From NCBI GenBank assembly GCA_964016885.1, contig OZ024742.1, forward strand, positions 190,526,001 to 190,590,000: a stretch of 64,000 nucleotides of DNA, read 5' to 3'. This DNA is from Eledone cirrhosa (lineage: Eukaryota). The position numbers and the translations under genes were made by a program. The notes beneath the pieces were generated by a model. The model saw nothing but the letters and a program-made list of their open reading frames with translations. It was not told the origin of the DNA and did no database searches. Each line of letters starts with the position of its first letter. The first letter of the stretch is position 1. Of this stretch, positions 57,450 through 64,000 are shown one piece after another.

Positions 57450-58285
57450 CGAGATTGAATTTCGGCAGTGGTCGAAAACAAAGCGAACGCAATATCCGAG
57501 TTATGCTGGCAAGCGCTCCATGGACAACAAAAAGACCAGAGCAATAAACATAGGTTATAAAGGCCAAACAAACTGAGATGGTGATCAAACGGCCACCTAA
57601 GACAAAAAAAAAAACGAAGCAGGCCGAACAGGTCAAATAAAAGAATATTTACCTGAACCCCTGGAATTGATGGTATAATCCAGTAAAAGGTTTCTCCGAC
57701 ACCTAAATCAATTATACAGCCTGCTTCAATAATAAGCTTTTGGTATAATGATCGAACAAGGCTGTCACTTCCTCAACAGGTATTTTGTTCTCAGCCAGCA
57801 TGCGGGATTAATGCAGTAGTCATATGTAGTAGTGAAACCCCACGTGTTTAACTCTGCAAGGGAAGTAAACCCAGTTCTTGGCAGCTGAATTCAGCATGTG
57901 TAAAATTAATGCAACAATTGCAAAAACTGCACAAATGTAATTAAGCTCTCGACTTGGTTTTTTTGAAAATAAACTTAAGCAATAAATCATTCAATAGAAT
58001 TATCTAATAAAATTAACTGGTTAAATGCTAGGCCCGGGAGATTAATACAAATATAAATTTAAGGGAGATCGAATTTCGGCAGTGGTCGAAAACAAAGCGA
58101 AATCCAATATCCGAGTTATGCTGGCAAGTATTTCGTGGACTAAAAAAAGACCAGAGCAATAAACATAGGTTATAATGGCCAAACAAACAGATGGCGATCA
58201 AGAAGCCATCATCCACCTAAGCCAAAAAAAACAAAAAAAAAACGAAGCAAGCCAAGCAGGTCAAACAAAAGAATATTTACCTGGA
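57450..58285. repeat. Diverged ~210-bp direct repeat pair
   Basis: 57450-57660 and 58064-58285 share GAATTTCGGCAGTGGTCGAAAACAAAGCGAA...AAGAATATTTACCTG. Confidence 0.85.
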
Positions 58286-58317
58286 ACCCATATATATATA
58301 TATATATAGAGAGAGAG

Positions 58318-58735
58318 ATAAATATACACGGGTGTGTATGATTATGTATAGAAGATTATATTAATAAAAGGAATTCCAACTTTGTCTGATTTACTCGTTT
58401 TATTTACAATCCTTTAAAATTTATAATGGTATTAGAATGAAATAGTATGGTAGAATATTAAATGTTAAGTGTTAATTGAACAAGTAGTTTCATGCTTTCG
58501 CAATCTTCAGGTTCATAATGTGTGGTGACAGTCAAGTTTGCAATTTTCAACAGTTGAAAATTGCAAACTTGACTGTCACCACACATTATGAACCTGAAGA
58601 TTGCGAAAGCATTAAAGTACTTGTTCAATTAACACTTAACATTTAATATTCTACCATACTATTTCATTCTAATACCATTATAAACTTTAAAGGATTGTAA
58701 ATAAAACGAGTAAATCAAAGTTGGAATTCCTTTTA

Positions 58736-58742
<7 letters not shown>
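58318..58742. repeat. Second copy of the HHR palindrome (same family as 48459-48915)
   Basis: Arms turn at TTCAAC-a-GTTGAA near 58552. (TA)n flanks. Confidence 0.9.
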
Positions 58743-58770
<28 letters not shown>

Positions 58771-58794
58771 ATATATATATATATATATATATCT

Positions 58795-60360
58795 AGGGAG
58801 TGTAACTTGGAGTTACTGCAGGTTCACCCGGGTCAGCACTCGATGTTTAGGTTCACTTCTGTGTTGAGGTGTAGAGCTATACAGAGTGTAATATATTGAA
58901 AGGGTAACAAGGACGATTGGTTACTCCTTCATTACATTTATTGGTAGGACACGCGCGTTTCGCCACTGATCAGCTCAAGGTTCGATCTGTATCGATCTTA
59001 CCCGACTCTATAATCGGCAGCTCGACGGACCCTTTAACATGCTAGTAGGAAATGAATACATGCTAAATGATAAAGTCAGAAGTTTATATGTTGGTCTCCC
59101 AAACTAGACTGGCCGATTTGATCTGGGACCTCAAGGACAGGAACATCGAATCGCAGATCACATTGTCAGTCAAAAGACGCGTGGCACAACTCCCCAGTGA
59201 CAGAAACCACTGCAGTGCCTGGCTGAGGCGGCAGAAATAATTAAATTAGAATCTGCCATAAACTAATCGTCGGACATAATTGTCAATTGCAGACACACCA
59301 GGCTGAACACATTTTTGCACAAACATTCGGCGGAGGGCCGCACACTAACCATGACCCAACATAATATTAACCACCTTTGCCCCGTCTCACCATCGCCCAT
59401 CTCAGTGAATTTATTTTATTGTATTGCGTGTAACCATTTGTAAGCCCGTATTTTGTATATCATGCCGCATACATCACCCCCACCAAAAATCACATCTCCA
59501 TACACCCCCCATCCTTGCAACATTGTGTTCTATCTGTCCTCTCTGTCAGGTTTTACCTTGTAATCCATAGTAACATCTGATCCTGTAAATATAATGTCGA
59601 TCATATCACCCCATCTCCACCACCACCACCACCACCACAACCGCACACATCGCTATATGTCTATAATCCCACACCCGCAACCTTATTCTCCCATGTTCCC
59701 TCTGTCTGCCTTAACCTACAACTCCAGGCAAAATTCGATCCTGTAAATGCACTGTCGCACACACCACCACCGCCACCACTAGATACATCCCCATACTTCA
59801 ACAATCATTAACATCACCAACACATATCATCCCTCACTCCCAGATCGACTGTGTTATATCCGCCCTCCGTCTGCCTTACCCTGTAATCCACCGTAACATC
59901 TGATCATGTAATCATTTTGTTGAACATATCACCCCAGCACCACCACCACCACCACCACCACCACTATGACCACAACACACATCGCTATACGTCCACAAAC
60001 TTTTTCCCCCGTGTTCCCTATGTGACCATTTAACCTGTAGCCCATCGTATTATTCGATCCTGTATATTGTTTGTCGCTCACAACTCCACCACCGCCACCT
60101 CAAGGCACAACTCCATACCTCAACAATCATTAACTTCATTAACATCGCCAACACATACACTTGCGTTGGTTCTAGAGGGAAGGTATGTTTGTGTGTAAGT
60201 ATATTTATATATATATATATATACAAGAGATTCCTGATGATTTCTAATGAATGAAACAGTTCTAGTCCTGTAGAATCTCATCTATATTAAAACTTTTATA
60301 CTCTGCTATGTATTGAGTACCTTACTTACTGTGGTTACCTCCGATTCAACCCGGAATAAC

Positions 60361-60459
<99 letters not shown>

Positions 60460-61179
60460 GCTATATGTATGTCTATATGTACAACACCATCTCCATTGGC
60501 TCTCCCCCTCCCCCTATCTATGTACTACGCCACCCCCACTGACACTCCCTCCCTCTCTCTATATATCCACACACGCACATCCATATATGTGTGTATATAT
60601 GTATATAACAATATATGTATGTGTGGGTGTATGTGTGCGTGTGTATGTGTGTGTATATAAGTCGGTATGTGTATATATGTCAGTATATATACGCATGTGT
60701 ATGTATACAACGTTTTTGTCAGACTAAGAGTGTCTAGGTATTTATCTCCCCATGGATTTGACACTACGAATACATCCACCACACCACCATAAACAATAAC
60801 ACCACACCCACACAATAATCAGCCACAAATATACGCCAATCTGTCTACCAACAATCCACTACCCCTACCGTCCAGCCAGCCAGCGACAGTCACCACCATC
60901 TTACCATCACATCCACCCCCACATACACTACAGGCGAATACATCCCTATGATCTATTCCACCAATCAAAACAATTCATATTGACCAACATATGAACTTCT
61001 GACTTTATCATTTAGCATGTATTCATTTTCTACTAGCATTTTAAAGGGTCCGTCGAGCTGCCGACTATAGAGTCGGCTAAGATCGATATAGATCGAACCT
61101 TGAGCTGATCAGTGGCGAAACGTGCGTGTCCTACCAATAAATGTAATGAAGGAGTAACCAATCGTCCTTGTTATCCTTT

Positions 61180-61182
<3 letters not shown>
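58795..61182 (+). mobile_element. PLE 3' remnant with inverted terminal copy
   Basis: LADLIWDLKDRNIE..NCRH GIY-YIG tail at about 59105-59300. 58905-59090 is inverted relative to 60985-61182. Confidence 0.7.
60227..60279 (+). ncRNA. Type I hammerhead ribozyme motif
   Basis: GAGATTC-CTGATGA...GAAA-CAG..CTG-TA-GAATCTC, with the same core and stems as the 56091 copy. Confidence 0.8.
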
Positions 61183-61267
<85 letters not shown>

Positions 61268-61310
61268 ATATATATTTGGGGAGAGAATAACGGTGTTAAA
61301 AATCTATATA

Positions 61311-61350
<40 letters not shown>

Positions 61351-61432
61351 ATCAAGTTCTTTCATCACACTCCTGTGACATCGTCACTGGACTATTTTTT
61401 CCTCCTGTTGTATTCTAATGTCTATTCTATTT

Positions 61433-61532
61433 CTACTTTGCCTTTCATCCTTACGGGGTCGATAAAATAAAGTACCAGTAATGTACTGGGTAATTTGCTG
61501 GCCTTGTGCCAAAAACTAGAAACAATTATTAT
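61433..61532 (+). mobile_element. SINE family A, 3' half
   Basis: Body and tail match. Confidence 0.8.
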
Positions 61533-61644
61533 TTATTTATTTATCCTTGTCTCTGTTTGCGCATGCGTTTGTGTGTGTGTGCTTTCTGTTTGGTGTGTGT
61601 TCGTGTCTAAGAAGCGAAAACCAATCATATATATATATATATAT

Positions 61645-62252
61645 ACGTGGACAAGTAAAAAATCGGAGAATAGACCGTTAAAACATGTTTATTTAAAATA
61701 TCACCTACGTACGTTTCGCCCAGTTGGGCTTCTCAAGGGCATAAATAATCACAAGTGTTCCTTATATAGTTCGGAAAGAGCTTTGGGGGTTAAATCTACA
61801 CCAAGATTCATTGCTCGTAAAAATATCTTGTTTTGATCTTGCAGCAGGTCAAGGGAGGTAACTCTGGCCGGTGTTAGGGCAGTCTTTCCCGGATAATTTT
61901 ATTTATTTATTTATTTTTTTTTTCCGCATCCGTTTGTCTGAGGCTGGGTCTGGTATGCAAGGATTGCTTTCTGGGTGTTATTTTGCTGCGCCTGCCCGCC
62001 GGGGTGTTAAGACTTGTTGCAGGGAGATCCAGTGTACTATTTCACTCTTCATTCTTAACCCATCTAAAGAAGGATATTTTTAAGCGATGCGTACAACTTA
62101 TCGCTGTTTTAGCTCTGCTGTTGATGAGCTCGTGGGGTGCAGTTATGATGTGGTAGAGATCGCATTTCCTCTTGAAGTTGTACGGTGCAGCCCTGCCGAC
62201 AATCTCCCAGTGCGTGGAGAAGCTGATGTTTAAGTCCTTTAGTGATGTGATG
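61645..62252 (-). mobile_element. PLE 3' remnant with U3:A8 minimal hammerhead (61702-61740)
   Basis: Minus strand HITSLKDLNISFSTHWEIVGRAAPYN..CDL..CTH, then CC-TTGAGAA-GCCC aact GGGC-GAAA-CGTACG-TA-GG. Confidence 0.75.
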
Positions 62253-62292
62253 TATATATATATATATATATACTTAGGTATATATATATATA

Positions 62293-63937
62293 CTTAGGTA
62301 AATATTGATGCAATTCAATTCTAGCACTCAACGTACTTATTCCACATAGGAGTGACGGAGTAAATATCGAATAAGGAAAAGCGAAGTAGTTTCAGATGTT
62401 CAAGTCTTTTAATAATAATTGTTTCTATTTTTTGGCACAAGGCCAGCAATTACCCAGTTCATTACTGGTACTTTAATTTATCGACCTGGTAAGGATGAAA
62501 GGCAAAGTTAACCTCGACGGGATTTGAACTCAAACCGTAAAGGGGCGTAACTATGCTGGAAAGCATGGCGTCTGACCCTCTACCGATACTGCCAATTCAC
62601 CGAATGCTGTGAGATATATATTTCAATGGCGTCAGTGGCCACACTGTTCCGTGCGCCAGTGCCGCGACATCGTCAGACAGCTTGTTACATAACAAGGTTA
62701 TGTTTCCGAGGCAATCCAAATTGAATCGACATGGGAACGGACGAAGTGTGTGCTCTTGGGTTCTTCCTCCGTTCCCTCGTGAGTACCAATTCACCCCCAC
62801 CGGTCTGCGCAGGCGCAGGTCCGAAGGAAGTTGACCATTATCTACCGCAGATTTCAACGAAATTCGCTTAGTGAGTTCCCCCTCTCAGCCAAACAATGAC
62901 CCATTCAGGCCTGTAATATAGCTTACTGCTATTTACCCCGTCTGTGGCAGTCAGCCAAAAGCCAGTGGAGATGAGAGCGTGTGAGTATCTATAGGTCTCA
63001 ATACTACCCCTCATTAAGCATGGACAGTATAATTGACCACCAGACTCTAAGAGAAAATATACTTAATTCTAGGTATCATGGTTTCACAGTGATAGTTATG
63101 AGTGAGAGTTGGAAATTAGAACTAAAAAATTAAAAATTAAAAATCAAATATTAAAAATTAAAAATCAAATATTAAAAGTTAGAAATTAAAAATTAAAAAT
63201 TAAAAAATGTTCAAGTGAGAATTTAGATTGAGGTGAGTAAAAAAAATATAGATTGGAGTGAGTAAATAATATATGCACCCATACCATCTACTACGTAGAG
63301 AGATGTTTAAGTAAGAAGATTTGAAAGGGGTATTAATGTTACAGTTATATTATCTACATACTAAACGATAGTACCGTACAGTAGAACGGAGGGTAAATTA
63401 CAGTATGAAAGGTAGTAGTTATTCGGGTCCATAGTCAGAATTTCCATCACATGGAACAAAACTAAAAAACACAGATATAAAGTACACAAAAGAAAATAAC
63501 TAATAAATGCAAGAAACTCATACAGTTCATATATGCAAAATGAGATAGGAGGTACTGATTAATATGATCGTCAATTTGTCCATATATAGATTGAATTTAG
63601 GGGGCTTCTGTTCAAATGCGATTTGGTGCAGGAAAATAGTGGTTTATCGGTGTTTTTGTTTCCGCGTATTTATCCTGCCGAACGTTATTATTATGTCCGT
63701 CCAGTATCATGGATTTCCATCCCCATGGTATAGGGAATTTCCTGGTGTAGCTGGTGGCTGGTTCCTCTTCACCACTGTCTCGGTTACATCATAGAGCGCT
63801 CAACTAATTGGAGCTAGATTCTTAGGGTAAACATTGATGCAATTCAATTTAAACACTCAAAGTACTTGAAATATATATCACAGCATTATTATTAAAAGAG
63901 ATGAACATCTGAAACAACTTCGCTTTTCCTTATTCTC
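62293..63937. repeat. Mixed direct/inverted terminal repeat pair of a decayed element
   Basis: 62293-62337 recurs directly at 63821-63867. 62368-62420 recurs inverted at 63886-63937. Confidence 0.65.
62412..62602 (-). mobile_element. SINE family A
   Basis: Reverse complement full-length match. Confidence 0.85.
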
Positions 63938-63957
63938 TCTCTCTCTCTCTCTCTCTC

Positions 63958-64000
<43 letters not shown>

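Overview
This is AT-rich, microsatellite-dominated eukaryotic DNA with no host protein-coding gene that I can support. The SINE families and (TA)n/(CA)n load suggest a cephalopod (Octopus-like) genome, which is an inference. Contents: one near-intact full-length Tx1/L1-clade LINE inserted at a (TA)n/(GATA)n boundary, a 5'-truncated CR1/L2-type LINE, one near-full-length and at least six fragmentary Penelope-like elements (PLE; RT + GIY-YIG), about 12 tRNA-derived SINE copies and two non-autonomous Helitron-like elements. The main hidden signal is a dense set of type I hammerhead ribozyme (HHR) motifs, read by eye, belonging to about 10 unrelated repeat families. Three families carry the covariant U3:A8 core and four carry a U.U pair at the base of stem II. 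Most motifs sit in fold-back (inverted) PLE terminal repeats embedded in (TA)n tracts, and one family shows a 312-nt head-to-tail, retrozyme-like period. Most ORFs in the supplied track are microsatellite artefacts. No ribozyme activity or family assignment was computed.
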